DNA of 58,851 nt, taken from IMG/VR virus record IMGVR_UViG_3300042477_000507, positions 1 to 58,851 of that record; one strand, 5' to 3'. The translations under genes were made by a program, and so were the position numbers. Positions 18,683 through 27,543 of this stretch are shown piece after piece. Source of the stretch: a virus. Its lineage: Duplodnaviria; Caudoviricetes. The notes under the pieces were generated by a model. The model saw only the letters and a list, made by a program, of their open reading frames with translations, was not told where the DNA came from and ran no database searches. How positions within the stretch are numbered: the stretch's first letter is position 1; each line of letters starts with the position of its first letter.

Positions 18683-18957
18683 TCTGTTGAATCTTTGAAT
18701 TTATTTTCTCGCTTCAGCAATTCAACACTCGCAAGCTTTGCAATTACAAATAACTTAGCTTGCGTAAAAACAAACTGCTTTCTGTACTTGTTTTTGAGAT
18801 AACATAAAATGTTTCCCGTAACAGAATCCCACTGCTTAATAGTTACATCCATAAATTGATCGTGATCTTTTGATTTGCAAATGTGTTTGTAAGTTGTGGA
18901 TGTTTTGACAATACGAATCACCTCGTCGTCAACAAATTTGCTCAAGCTGTCAGTCAT
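18658..18957 (-). CDS. hypothetical early protein
   Basis: ORF track; 3' end runs into promoter module. Confidence 0.55.
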   Translation of the reverse strand: MTDSLSKFVDDEVIRIVKTSTTYKHICKSKDHDQFMDVTIKQWDSVTGNILCYLKNKYRKQFVFTQAKLFVIAKLASVELLKRENKFKDSTDKCLTRNV

Positions 18958-19154
18958 TTTTTCAAGCAGATGTATTTACCGCCAACAAGTGCGTCATTCA
19001 TAAAAATAAGACGTTCGGCGGGGCAGTGATGAAAAGCATGATTACTCAGCTTTTCGTTAATGAATCTAGCACAAACAAAACCAATCGCTGTGCCCGCAGT
19101 GATAGCAAGTACTGCGTGAAGAAACTCTTTGTGTTCAGAAAAGAAGTCTTTCAT
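18954..19154 (-). CDS. small membrane protein
   Basis: One hydrophobic segment. Confidence 0.55.
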   Translation of the reverse strand: MKDFFSEHKEFLHAVLAITAGTAIGFVCARFINEKLSNHAFHHCPAERLIFMNDALVGGKYICLKK

Positions 19155-19157
19155 GAT

Positions 19158-19445
19158 TCAATCAATGTGTTTGATGTAAAATCCTGCAGATTCCCAGGAA
19201 ATAACTGAGTCAAAGGGATTGAAATCAGTCTTGATGCTTGCAAAATAATCCCCATCCATTCCATGAATTAAAGGGAGATCTACTTCTGCTTCACCGCTGA
19301 AATAATCTTTAACCCAGTGAATCACTTGAGTTTCTAAATCAAGAATGTCATCATCTTTGATTTCTTTGAAAAACTTTTGGCCTGACTTGCAATCATAAAT
19401 GTACAGATAACATTCAAATGGCGCAGGTGTACAAAGATTTGTCAT
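19158..19445 (-). CDS. hypothetical early protein
   Basis: ORF track. Confidence 0.6.
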   Translation of the reverse strand: MTNLCTPAPFECYLYIYDCKSGQKFFKEIKDDDILDLETQVIHWVKDYFSGEAEVDLPLIHGMDGDYFASIKTDFNPFDSVISWESAGFYIKHID

Positions 19446-19465
19446 GATGAAATTAAATGAGTTAG

Positions 19466-19840
19466 TTAAATGTAACCAGCGTCTTGAATACCCGGCTCGT
19501 CATAAAACCAAGTAATTGACGCATCTTCGTACATTTCACGAAGTTTTTCACAAATACCGCAAGGCGGTGCCCATGCAGTCATAAACATCATTTGCAAATA
19601 CTCATCTTCATCTTCAACAAAAGAAACATCCGCTGCTTCAATGTCCCACTTTGTTCCCCAATGATTTACGCGCCATGAATACCATCCGGGTGTAAAATCA
19701 TTGTCCTGTGGCAATTCCTCTTCTGAGGGCTGAGGAAGAATCTTACTGAACGGATTATCTTGAGAAAATAACTCTTTGATCTCTTTGATCTGATCTGCTT
19801 CCGCAGTAATCGAAACGCGATTTTCGCACCAGTTAGGCAT
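19466..19840 (-). CDS. DUF1281/YubB ferredoxin-like fold protein
   Basis: MPNWCEN...WYSWRVNHWGTKWD...FMTAWAPP...YDEPG. Confidence 0.85.
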   Translation of the reverse strand: MPNWCENRVSITAEADQIKEIKELFSQDNPFSKILPQPSEEELPQDNDFTPGWYSWRVNHWGTKWDIEAADVSFVEDEDEYLQMMFMTAWAPPCGICEKLREMYEDASITWFYDEPGIQDAGYI

Positions 19841-19869
19841 GATAAAACTCCGTGTTGAATTGAATAAAA

Positions 19870-20298
19870 TCAGAGACAGCAAACATAATCAATAACTTCT
19901 TGCGGCAATTCTTCTTTCAACCACTTGCTTCCGTATTTGTATCCGTCATCAACTAACGCATCAAAGCGTTGCAAGTAATTGCAGGCGTCATCGTAATCAT
20001 TTAGCTCAACTCCAGAAGCTTTTGCCTGACGCAAGATTTCTTCTTGCACAAATGTTCCAGCACGCATGTCATTTAAGTGCCAACGCTTCCAGATTTCGTA
20101 GAGTCGTGCGGGAATAATTTCCTTGACCTGATCTTGAATCTGTCCCCAGCCGAGTAAATTCTTTTCTGATTTGAGAAGTTTTTTACCCGTGAAGCAAGTA
20201 CCGACAATACTCAAAGACTTGAAAGAATTTTTGTCTTTGATCTCAATCTTGAGCGTGCAAGAGAAATTTTCTCCTGCAAAAAAGACAGTTTTTAGCAT
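19870..20298 (-). CDS. hypothetical early protein
   Basis: GQI...W.RWHLNDMRAG...GYKYGSKWLKEELP, a recognisable phage family. Confidence 0.75.
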   Translation of the reverse strand: MLKTVFFAGENFSCTLKIEIKDKNSFKSLSIVGTCFTGKKLLKSEKNLLGWGQIQDQVKEIIPARLYEIWKRWHLNDMRAGTFVQEEILRQAKASGVELNDYDDACNYLQRFDALVDDGYKYGSKWLKEELPQEVIDYVCCL

Positions 20299-20323
20299 GA
20301 AATTTTCTGATTGAAAAAAACAA

Positions 20324-20402
20324 ATACAAGCGAAAAAGAATTACTCTCTCTCGCTTGTATGCCTACATTATAGCACGTAACAGCTTACGTGTCAAGCATT
20401 TA
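20324..20402 (-). promoter_or_regulatory. early promoter + stem-loop module 3
   Basis: TTGACA-17-TATAAT, spacer palindrome CACGTAA..TTACGTG, hairpin ATACAAGCGA..TCGCTTGTAT. Confidence 0.9.
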
Positions 20403-20906
20403 TTTTTCGTCTTTCTGAAAGTAACCATCCCACCAAGTCTTTGATTCTTCTATCTGTGCAAGCATTTTGTCGCAAAATTTTTCAGCTTCACGCTCTGTTT
20501 CGTATCTAAATGGATCGTGATCAAATTCATCAACACCATGATAATTAACAAGTGTCAAATAGGCACTCGCGCACTTAACAACATCTTGTGACGTAAGTAA
20601 ATTTATAAACTCCTGAAGATCCCAGTTTGCAAAATTAGCAGCAGTCTCAAGTTCATCGCTAAACCATTCTTTGTATCTGGGATGAAATCTATTTGTCCCG
20701 ACGCCCAGGAATTCTCCCGAGTCGTCAAGAATTTTATGACAGCGCTCTAGTGCAACTTCACTGCGCTTTCTAAAATCTTCATCATAAATCAGAAGAATGG
20801 GGTCGTAAATTGCTCGACGATCAATGCAAACAAATGCGCCCCCGTAAGTAAAGGGATCGGCGTCACCAAGATTTGCGATGCAGAAATAACTAGGCTGTGC
20901 AGTCAT
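20400..20906 (-). CDS. hypothetical early protein
   Basis: IANLGDADPFTYGG motif; stop TAA lies within next promoter module. Confidence 0.7.
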   Translation of the reverse strand: MTAQPSYFCIANLGDADPFTYGGAFVCIDRRAIYDPILLIYDEDFRKRSEVALERCHKILDDSGEFLGVGTNRFHPRYKEWFSDELETAANFANWDLQEFINLLTSQDVVKCASAYLTLVNYHGVDEFDHDPFRYETEREAEKFCDKMLAQIEESKTWWDGYFQKDEK

Positions 20907-20908
20907 GA

Positions 20909-21172
20909 TTAAATTTGCTGTGTTGGATAATTGAACTTTGTGCCCGTAGAAAGTTTTGTAACCTCAAGATCAGACTTGGGTAAACAAATCATCGCTTGCT
21001 CAAGAACAGTGTTCGCAAAACTTTCTGCAACATTTTCCGAGTCGATAACTTTCCCGTCTTGCGTTCTTTTCTCAAGGAGAAAATAATCATCAATGCGACG
21101 AAAATGAACAATGACAAGTTGTTCGTTGCGACGATCAAATAACTTGAACTCTTGAACTTGTTGAATCTTCAT
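20909..21172 (-). CDS. hypothetical early protein
   Basis: ORF track. Confidence 0.6.
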   Translation of the reverse strand: MKIQQVQEFKLFDRRNEQLVIVHFRRIDDYFLLEKRTQDGKVIDSENVAESFANTVLEQAMICLPKSDLEVTKLSTGTKFNYPTQQI

Positions 21173-21213
21173 GAATCATTCCTCATCGAAAGAAAAGCCT
21201 TCGAGTGCTTCAA

Positions 21214-21504
21214 TCACGATTCATCCTCGAACGAAAATCCCTCCGGGATCTCCCACAAATCGCCGTCTTGATGCAAGCCCCACTTCACGCCGTCAGAAAT
21301 CCATTCGGCGTTCTGACAAATAATGTCCCAAGATTCCCAGTACCATTCATGATCTGGGCCTTCTTGACAAATTTTTACGTCTTCAAAATCAATCTGCATC
21401 TCCTCAGCAATCTTTTCATCAATGTGATTGCAGTAAATCTGCGGAATGTAAATACCGTTCCTGTCGGAAATAACAAGAATCGGATCAAGAGTTTTGTTTG
21501 ACAT
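21214..21504 (-). CDS. hypothetical early protein
   Basis: GIYIPQ...GPDHEWYWESWD...LHQDGDLW. Confidence 0.7.
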   Translation of the reverse strand: MSNKTLDPILVISDRNGIYIPQIYCNHIDEKIAEEMQIDFEDVKICQEGPDHEWYWESWDIICQNAEWISDGVKWGLHQDGDLWEIPEGFSFEDES

Positions 21505-21531
21505 GAAATTTTCTGAGAATGAAAGAAACAA

Positions 21532-21608
21532 ATGCGACAAAAGAATAATTAGTTCTCTCGTCGCATGTGTGTATTATAGCACGTTACATGCAACGTGTCA
21601 AGCATTTA
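21532..21608 (-). promoter_or_regulatory. early promoter + stem-loop module 4
   Basis: TTGACA-17-TATAAT, CACGTT..AACGTG, ATGCGAC..GTCGCAT hairpin. Confidence 0.9.
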
Positions 21609-21803
21609 TTTTTCGTCTTTTGCAAAGAAATCAATTCCATTCAAGGTTGTATTGTCCCGATGCGTCAGCCCAATACAATAATCATTATCCAAGCATTTAA
21701 TCAAATACTGTCCAATAGAATCTTTGATTACGATGTATGATTCAGAATCGCAATAAACTGTCCTCCCTGAATCAACTAAGTCGCGGATTTGTTGAGCGTT
21801 CAC
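21606..21803 (-). CDS. hypothetical early protein
   Basis: Y.VIKD..GQYLI...N.YCIGLTH.D.TTLNG. Confidence 0.65.
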   Translation of the reverse strand: MNAQQIRDLVDSGRTVYCDSESYIVIKDSIGQYLIKCLDNDYCIGLTHRDNTTLNGIDFFAKDEK

Positions 21804-21813
21804 AATTAAAAAA

Positions 21814-21999
21814 TCAGAATGGATTACCCCAGGAATTTACTTGACGATCATTAATCTCACCGTCTCGATGTAATTGATCTATAAATTGCACAAATGCTTG
21901 GCGCTTTGCACAAATGTCGTCAACAGAGTTAGGGGACTGAAATTTAATAAAGCAATTCCACTCGTCTTTGAAAATAGCAATCGCTTCTTGTTTTGTCAT
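21814..21999 (-). CDS. hypothetical early protein
   Basis: MTKQEAI...AKRQAF..FID.LHRDGEI..Q..SW.NPF. Confidence 0.7.
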   Translation of the reverse strand: MTKQEAIAIFKDEWNCFIKFQSPNSVDDICAKRQAFVQFIDQLHRDGEINDRQVNSWGNPF

Positions 22000-22022
22000 G
22001 TTTTTGAGAAAGAAATGAAACA

Positions 22023-22100
22023 AAAATGCGAGAGAAAAATTAGTTCTTCGTCTCGCATTTTGCTATTATAGCACGTGTGACATTACGTGTCAAGCATTTA
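22023..22100 (-). promoter_or_regulatory. early promoter + stem-loop module 5
   Basis: TTGACA-17-TATAAT, CACGT..ACGTG, AAAATGCGAGA..TCTCGCATTTT hairpin. Confidence 0.9.
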
Positions 22101-22358
22101 TCTAGCCACGTTTTTAGTAAATATCTTGCTATCGCAAATATCACACTTTAAATATCTATCATTCTTATTCACGCAGTCTGCTTTAATAATCCAGGGCGCA
22201 AGTGTTGCAAATCGCTCTCTAAAAATATGACAACAATGACTACAAGCAACAAAATTACCCTGCGTTAAAACATATCTTGCTCTCGCATGTTTCTTTTGTG
22301 TTAAATACTGCGACGCAAGAATGTCTGCAGTGCGCAATGAAAAACTCTTTGAACTCAT
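22098..22358 (-). CDS. CxxC zinc-finger-like protein
   Basis: CSHC and CDIC pairs. Confidence 0.55.
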   Translation of the reverse strand: MSSKSFSLRTADILASQYLTQKKHARARYVLTQGNFVACSHCCHIFRERFATLAPWIIKADCVNKNDRYLKCDICDSKIFTKNVAR

Positions 22359-22390
22359 CAAAATATGCAATAAGTGAATAATCGCTCAGC

Positions 22391-22482
22391 TCGCTCAGAA
22401 TCCTCTGTGAGCCGCAGAAATCCCCTCAGCGTGGGATGAATCGACTGAGGGGAAACAACCCTACTGCGGGCGCAGGAATCAA
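22391..22482. repeat. GC-rich intergenic element, copy 2
   Basis: Shares blocks and spacing with 17051-17178. Confidence 0.55.
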
Positions 22483-22486
22483 GGTC

Positions 22487-22702
22487 TCAGGCGGAAATAA
22501 GGCGCTCGAACTGCTCAAGAACCTTCTGCTTTGATCCAGTCAGTCCGTATTCTTTTTTGATAATTGAACAAGCACTTGCCCCACGAGAAATCTTCATTCC
22601 CTTAACTTCAAGCATCAATGCACGCAACAAAGCACGCTTGCGAAATTCTTGAATGCTGTCGCCTGTAACGACAAAACCACCGTCAAAAGTTTCAACTGTC
22701 AT
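22487..22702 (-). CDS. hypothetical early protein
   Basis: ALMLEVKGMKISRG.SA...K...GLTGS..KVLEQF. Confidence 0.7.
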   Translation of the reverse strand: MTVETFDGGFVVTGDSIQEFRKRALLRALMLEVKGMKISRGASACSIIKKEYGLTGSKQKVLEQFERLISA

Positions 22703-22884
22703 GATAAAGCGTCAATGATTAAAGTGTTTTCTTGATGCGGGCGTGCAAATCTTTGTAGATCACTTTAGCTTCTTTCCACGCACGTTGATTTTCTTCTTTA
22801 TCGCCATCTTTCACAAGAGGGACAAAGTTTTCACCATAATTGTGCATGAAAGAGATTGCGCTAAGTAATGCTAGTTTTTCTTTC

Positions 22885-23208
22885 TTACTTAGACTCATTT
22901 CTCAACTGCTCAATCAACATTTCACATTCTTTAGTTTTTTGTTGAGATACAGTCTCACAAACAATAAGAAGCTCCTCGACTGTTAGATACTTTAAAAAGT
23001 TTGATTGCATGTCAGCAAATGGGGTGGCATTTCCATAATCTTCCTCCTGCAAGCACATGCGAAATAAATGAATCGCTGCCATCAAAAACTCTGATTCAAA
23101 TAAATAGGAATACAACAATTCCTCTGGGCTGAGCTTTGACGCATCTCGCTCACTGTTTTTCCATGAACAGTAATTGTCAAGCAGTTGTTCAAATGTAATT
23201 ACGTTCAT
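22885..23208 (-). CDS. hypothetical early protein
   Basis: ORF track. Confidence 0.6.
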   Translation of the reverse strand: MNVITFEQLLDNYCSWKNSERDASKLSPEELLYSYLFESEFLMAAIHLFRMCLQEEDYGNATPFADMQSNFLKYLTVEELLIVCETVSQQKTKECEMLIEQLRNESK

Positions 23209-23771
23209 TATCTTTTCAGCTCCTGCTTTTGCCTAAAGGCTGAATCGCAAATCTCTCGCATTGTGACAGGAGCCTCTCCGCCGGAGTTGTCGTAAAGATA
23301 CTGCGGAGTTGGATCAATAGTTCCAAACTCAACAGAAAATTCTCTGCCCTCGTTAATCATGTATTCGGCGAGTGCAAATAATTCTTCTGAGTCAGTATCT
23401 TCATCTACCGCGCTGATTTCTCCTGTATTCGTTTTTTCTTTTAACACCCAGTGAACGTCATGTGTTTCACTGAAATTAACTTGAAAGTAAACAGGCACAG
23501 AAACATCAGATCGCGGAACAATCTGCGTCGCATCAATAAAGATTTCACAGTCATCAGGGGAGTCACCCCCATGAATTTGTGCAATCATTTGCAGCACATC
23601 TTTCATGCTGCCCTCGCCGTACTCCTGAGAAACATTTTTGTTGAAGATTTTTTGATCTTTGTCGTAACGAACTTTAGTACGCTGAACAATCCAAGTGGCG
23701 GTGTTTGACATTTCTTGATCGAAATAATCTGGAGGATCGAGCGGGCGTGGGTCGTAAATAAAATCAGACAT
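23208..23771 (-). CDS. acidic hypothetical protein
   Basis: Start moved to MSDFIYD, overlapping upstream stop. Confidence 0.65.
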   Translation of the reverse strand: MSDFIYDPRPLDPPDYFDQEMSNTATWIVQRTKVRYDKDQKIFNKNVSQEYGEGSMKDVLQMIAQIHGGDSPDDCEIFIDATQIVPRSDVSVPVYFQVNFSETHDVHWVLKEKTNTGEISAVDEDTDSEELFALAEYMINEGREFSVEFGTIDPTPQYLYDNSGGEAPVTMREICDSAFRQKQELKR

Positions 23772-23979
23772 TCTGAATTTCAGCAAGGCGAGCCTGTGCA
23801 AATCGAGAGCCGGGACCGTACTGTTCAAACAATTCGGGCCAAGCGTTCAGAATCTTTGCTTTGTTTGTAAGGTCTGCGGCGCAGTAGGCATCTGCAAGCT
23901 TTTTGCAAAAATGCCCACCGTAATGACGCATGGTTTCTGCAAACACATAATGGTCATCTGGAGTCATAGCCTTTTGCAT
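23764..23979 (-). CDS. hypothetical early protein
   Basis: YGGHF...LA.AY.AAD..N..KI..AWPELF..YGP. Confidence 0.75.
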   Translation of the reverse strand: MQKAMTPDDHYVFAETMRHYGGHFCKKLADAYCAADLTNKAKILNAWPELFEQYGPGSRFAQARLAEIQNV

Positions 23980-23998
23980 TTTCTGTAAAATAAAAAGA

Positions 23999-24068
23999 AG
24001 AGGCGGGCTTGCAAGCTTTGCCCGACCCCTCTATTGTACAAGCAATTGGCGCTGCTGTCAAGCATTTA
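23999..24068 (-). promoter_or_regulatory. early promoter + stem-loop module 6
   Basis: TAAATGC-TTGACA-17-TACAAT then GC-rich hairpin. Confidence 0.85.
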
Positions 24069-24338
24069 TTTGTCGTCGTCTAATTTGTAATTCATCAGCC
24101 CTGTCTCAAGAGACTGACGCAGGTTGCGAATCGCTTTCTCGATTGAAGAAAGCCCTCTCAAGACTGCGAACAAAAAATCAGGGCTAACTCTGTCATCTCG
24201 ATCAATTAACTTTTCAATTGTCGTAAATTTATTTGAGCAGTTTTGACACACGCATCTTCTTCTAACTTCATTTGATTGAGGGCGGGATTCAATAACTTTT
24301 CTTTCTGTGCTTTTACAAGTTGGGCACTGGACGCCCAT
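24066..24338 (-). CDS. NrdR-like zinc-ribbon protein
   Basis: CPTC...KVIESR...RRRCVCQNC..KFTTIE. Confidence 0.7.
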   Translation of the reverse strand: MGVQCPTCKSTERKVIESRPQSNEVRRRCVCQNCSNKFTTIEKLIDRDDRVSPDFLFAVLRGLSSIEKAIRNLRQSLETGLMNYKLDDDK

Positions 24339-24360
24339 TTTTAAGCTTCTGTATCTCATT

Positions 24361-25257
24361 CTAAATAAATTCTTTTTCTTCATCAATTTTTGAAAGAAGT
24401 GAGGCAATTCTATCTCCTGCAAGAATTTGTTTAATTGCATCCTCTGAAGCAAGATTCATATTTTTTATTTTTTGATACAACTTATAGTATTCAACTCCAT
24501 GCTGTTCGGCAAGAACCGAAATCGAAATCTTCCTCCCATTGAATGTTACGAAAATAGAATTTGATCTTCTCCTGCAATTTTCTTTTCTTGTAGCCCAAAG
24601 CGCAAGACCTGGGGCGTAAATTTTATTACCAGCAAGAACCGCCTCTTTGTCCAATTGATGATCTTTTGAGGGTCTTGGTCCCAGGTCTTTGTAAAAGTTT
24701 GCAAACGAACCGCCATTTGCGGGATTCCAGCGATCACAAACAGAAACACCGCGCCCGCCATAAAGTTCATATGATGTGTGATCTTTGTTGTAGCATCTTT
24801 GAATCATGTTATACCAAATTCTGTATTCATCCGTCTTGGACATGCGGTGGGTTTCCTTTTCCGCGTTTGAGCATTTTCTGCATTTTTGATACCTTGAGCT
24901 AAAAAGCCTGTCAGAAGTCATTAATGACTCCGCTCCGCAATCACAAACGACCAAAAACTGTCTTTTGTAATGATTACTGCTAGATCCGCGCCTTTCCTTA
25001 ATCACGGTCCAGCTTTTAATTTTTTGTCCAATTGCGACAGTATTTTTTGTAAAGCGCAAGCCTAGGCACTTCTGGCATGAACCAGCTTCGCCGGAGGTTA
25101 AATAATAAAGGTCTATTTTTTTTCTAAATTTACATCTGCATTCAACTGGTACAACGTAAGTTCTTTTTCCACTAGGATATATTTTTAGCTCTGGACTCCC
25201 TAAAACAGTCCAGCCGCCGTAAACACTCCCAATGGGAGGCGGTAATCTTTTGGGCAT
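24361..25257 (-). CDS. free-standing HNH homing endonuclease
   Basis: YGGWTV..CRC, V.CDCG, YRIWYNMIQRCY...YGGRGVSVCDRW...F.NFYKDLG.RPS. Confidence 0.85.
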   Translation of the reverse strand: MPKRLPPPIGSVYGGWTVLGSPELKIYPSGKRTYVVPVECRCKFRKKIDLYYLTSGEAGSCQKCLGLRFTKNTVAIGQKIKSWTVIKERRGSSSNHYKRQFLVVCDCGAESLMTSDRLFSSRYQKCRKCSNAEKETHRMSKTDEYRIWYNMIQRCYNKDHTSYELYGGRGVSVCDRWNPANGGSFANFYKDLGPRPSKDHQLDKEAVLAGNKIYAPGLALWATRKENCRRRSNSIFVTFNGRKISISVLAEQHGVEYYKLYQKIKNMNLASEDAIKQILAGDRIASLLSKIDEEKEFI

Positions 25258-25338
25258 CGTTCAAATCGGAGTTGGACGGTCAAGAGCCAGGAGCTGCAAC
25301 TCGCTGGCTCACCTAATTAAAGCAGGCAGGCGAGAAGG

Positions 25339-25743
25339 TTAGGCGAAATAAATTTTTCCATCATCACCTAAATACGCTTCTACCTCTGGCTGGCTTTGCG
25401 CAGCTTCTTTCAGAATTAAAGCAACCCGAGGATTCCATGAATTTTTATCAAAACCATCGCCACATCTGTTCCTGGTAAGTATGTAATCATATTCAGTTTG
25501 ATTTGGTGCCGGTTGTGCTAAATCATAAAAGTCATCAATGCAATCCCATTTGTCGCCTATTGCTGCAGTGATTTTTCCTTCTACTATTGAAATAAAACTT
25601 TGGTAATCAGTGTAAAGCTTTTTCAGTGATTCCTCTTCAAAATCCGTGATTGAATAGTTTTTATCAAGAGGCTCGTCACGATCGTCGCACTCGGTGTACA
25701 AAACAGTTTCAGCGAGCGCAATAAGAGTTGGATTCATTTTCAT
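25339..25743 (-). CDS. hypothetical early protein
   Basis: DY.LTRN..G.GF...YLGDDGKIYF. Confidence 0.7.
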   Translation of the reverse strand: MKMNPTLIALAETVLYTECDDRDEPLDKNYSITDFEEESLKKLYTDYQSFISIVEGKITAAIGDKWDCIDDFYDLAQPAPNQTEYDYILTRNRCGDGFDKNSWNPRVALILKEAAQSQPEVEAYLGDDGKIYFA

Positions 25744-25752
25744 GATTGACTC

Positions 25753-26061
25753 TCAGTAAAGATTACCGAGTTTGAATTCATTGAGCGCAGATTGAGCAAA
25801 TCTAAAGGCGATAATAGAAATAATTTCGTTTTTGTGCGTAAAAAACAGATCTTTCTGAGTGGAATACTTGCTCCAGAAAAAAGCAAAAAACTTTGAAACA
25901 AACTGCGATGTCTCGAATAAAGCTGAGTCGTAGTAATCAGATTGTTCAACGTTTTGATAAATCCAACTCAGCGATTTCATCAATGCGTTGTATGAAATAC
26001 CATCGTGATTCTCAAGAAACAATGTGAAGTTGCCAACTTCTTGCTTAAATGATGTCTGCAT
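25753..26061 (-). CDS. hypothetical early protein
   Basis: ATG after promoter-hairpin. Confidence 0.6.
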   Translation of the reverse strand: MQTSFKQEVGNFTLFLENHDGISYNALMKSLSWIYQNVEQSDYYDSALFETSQFVSKFFAFFWSKYSTQKDLFFTHKNEIISIIAFRFAQSALNEFKLGNLY

Positions 26062-26081
26062 GAAATCTCTGAAGTAATAAA

Positions 26082-26147
26082 AAAGACCGCCCTGCGTTGA
26101 GCGGTCTTTGCATTGTAGCGCGTTGCTCACTACTTGTCAAGCATTTA
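26082..26147 (-). promoter_or_regulatory. early promoter + stem-loop module 7
   Basis: TTGACA-17-TACAAT then AAAGACCGC..GCGGTCTTT hairpin. Confidence 0.85.
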
Positions 26148-26448
26148 TTTGTTCAGCTTTTTCGCAAATCTGCTTGTATGTGATAGCTCGCATGTCGTCG
26201 TCAAATCCTTCTGCTTCAAGAATTTTCTCGCGCAGTTCAGAAAGAAGCTCAACATGCTTCATGATTACATCAGCCTTGAAAGCAAGCGCTGAGTAAATCT
26301 CTCGACTAACCCACGGCGCAAAAAATGCAGCAACCTGCGCTCTTCTTTTTTCTTTTTTCAGTGTTTCAACGCAATGCTCCATTTGCATAAACAAACCCTG
26401 CATTAAAGCATTGAGTTCGTGCAGATAAAGTTCGGACTGTAGTTTCAT
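26137..26448 (-). CDS. hypothetical early protein
   Basis: ORF track; stop TGA is inside the -35 box. Confidence 0.6.
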   Translation of the reverse strand: MKLQSELYLHELNALMQGLFMQMEHCVETLKKEKRRAQVAAFFAPWVSREIYSALAFKADVIMKHVELLSELREKILEAEGFDDDMRAITYKQICEKAEQINA

Positions 26449-26450
26449 AA

Positions 26451-26909
26451 TCAGTTCAGGAATTGATTAGCTTTTCCGCTGAATACCAAATCCAGCACGC
26501 CACCAAAAGTAGCAGGAGTGACATTGTAATCATACTTCCCAAAACCCTTAGTAATGAAATAAAACTTTGACGTAGCTCGCGCAATCTTGCTTTGCATTTC
26601 GCCGAGACGATCATTTTTTAGAAAGCGCATCATGTGAACTTCGGCGACAGAAAGCTCGTACTCTGATTCTTCTTGTCTGTACTTTTCATAAAGCTTGCAA
26701 TACAGGGGAAGAAAGTTGCTACCCATCTCTGAAATAATCCAGAGACGGGTATCACCTGGGCGCATCTTGTTAATTATCTTTTTATCATGAACAGCAACAT
26801 CTGTCCAGTTGTGTTTTACAACGCTGTCCGCTTCATAACACATCCATTCATGCAATGTTAAATTACGCAGATTGCGCTTAACGCTTTCTTGTCTTGAAAT
26901 AATTTGCAT
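26451..26909 (-). CDS. hypothetical early protein
   Basis: ORF track. Confidence 0.65.
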   Translation of the reverse strand: MQIISRQESVKRNLRNLTLHEWMCYEADSVVKHNWTDVAVHDKKIINKMRPGDTRLWIISEMGSNFLPLYCKLYEKYRQEESEYELSVAEVHMMRFLKNDRLGEMQSKIARATSKFYFITKGFGKYDYNVTPATFGGVLDLVFSGKANQFLN

Positions 26910-26933
26910 GAGCTGTTGTGATTGAACTTACGG

Positions 26934-26969
26934 AGTATAGCGCATTGCAAGTAGCATGTCAAGCATTTA
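26934..26969 (-). promoter_or_regulatory. early promoter 8 (no clear hairpin)
   Basis: TAAATGC-TTGACA-17-TATACT. Confidence 0.85.
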
Positions 26970-26982
26970 TCTTGCATGTAGC

Positions 26983-27543
26983 TCAGATGAATGTAACATC
27001 TAAATCAGGGTAGATCTTTTTGTTTGCAAGTCTAGGCAAGATCTTTCTTGCTTCCGCATAAGGTAAAAACGGCTCACTTCTCACAAAACCCATGCCTGAA
27101 TACGGAGCCACCCATTTAGCAACACTGTTCGCAACATAAATTCTAGGAAACTCCTCAAAGCTTCCAATCCAGATGCAGCCCTCATCTATTGGGGTCTGCG
27201 AGTTAAATCTCGTGCGCACAAATGGAAGAAATGCGCCCTCAGGCAATGCACTCTCATCGTAACTTGTATAAACTCCACCCCATGCACGCATCTGAAGTTG
27301 AAAGTATCTGTCTGTAAACAAACCTGCAATCTCAAATTCTTTCATCGCATTGTTCTCAACTTCTTCAAGCGACTCATAGATATCTTTGAATCTAGTCGTG
27401 TATGATTTGTTGTTGGACAACGCTTCTCTGCATAGATGCAATCTCTTTTTCACCTGACTCGCCGTTATTAAAAGCTCGCCGCGTTCTGAGTATTTCGCAA
27501 CAAATCTCTTCGCTACTTTTCGCGTCATACCTTTCGACTTCAC
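26983..27543 (-). CDS. hypothetical protein
   Basis: 186 aa ORF; overlaps upstream ORF by about 150 nt. Confidence 0.55.
   Translation of the reverse strand: MKSKGMTRKVAKRFVAKYSERGELLITASQVKKRLHLCREALSNNKSYTTRFKDIYESLEEVENNAMKEFEIAGLFTDRYFQLQMRAWGGVYTSYDESALPEGAFLPFVRTRFNSQTPIDEGCIWIGSFEEFPRIYVANSVAKWVAPYSGMGFVRSEPFLPYAEARKILPRLANKKIYPDLDVTFI

Noticed and set aside
16468-26969. Repeated TGTCAAGCATTTA words as a CRISPR-like array
   Set aside because: Spacing is 0.5-2 kb and irregular, the intervals are full genes, the repeats are sigma70 promoters, and no cas genes are present.
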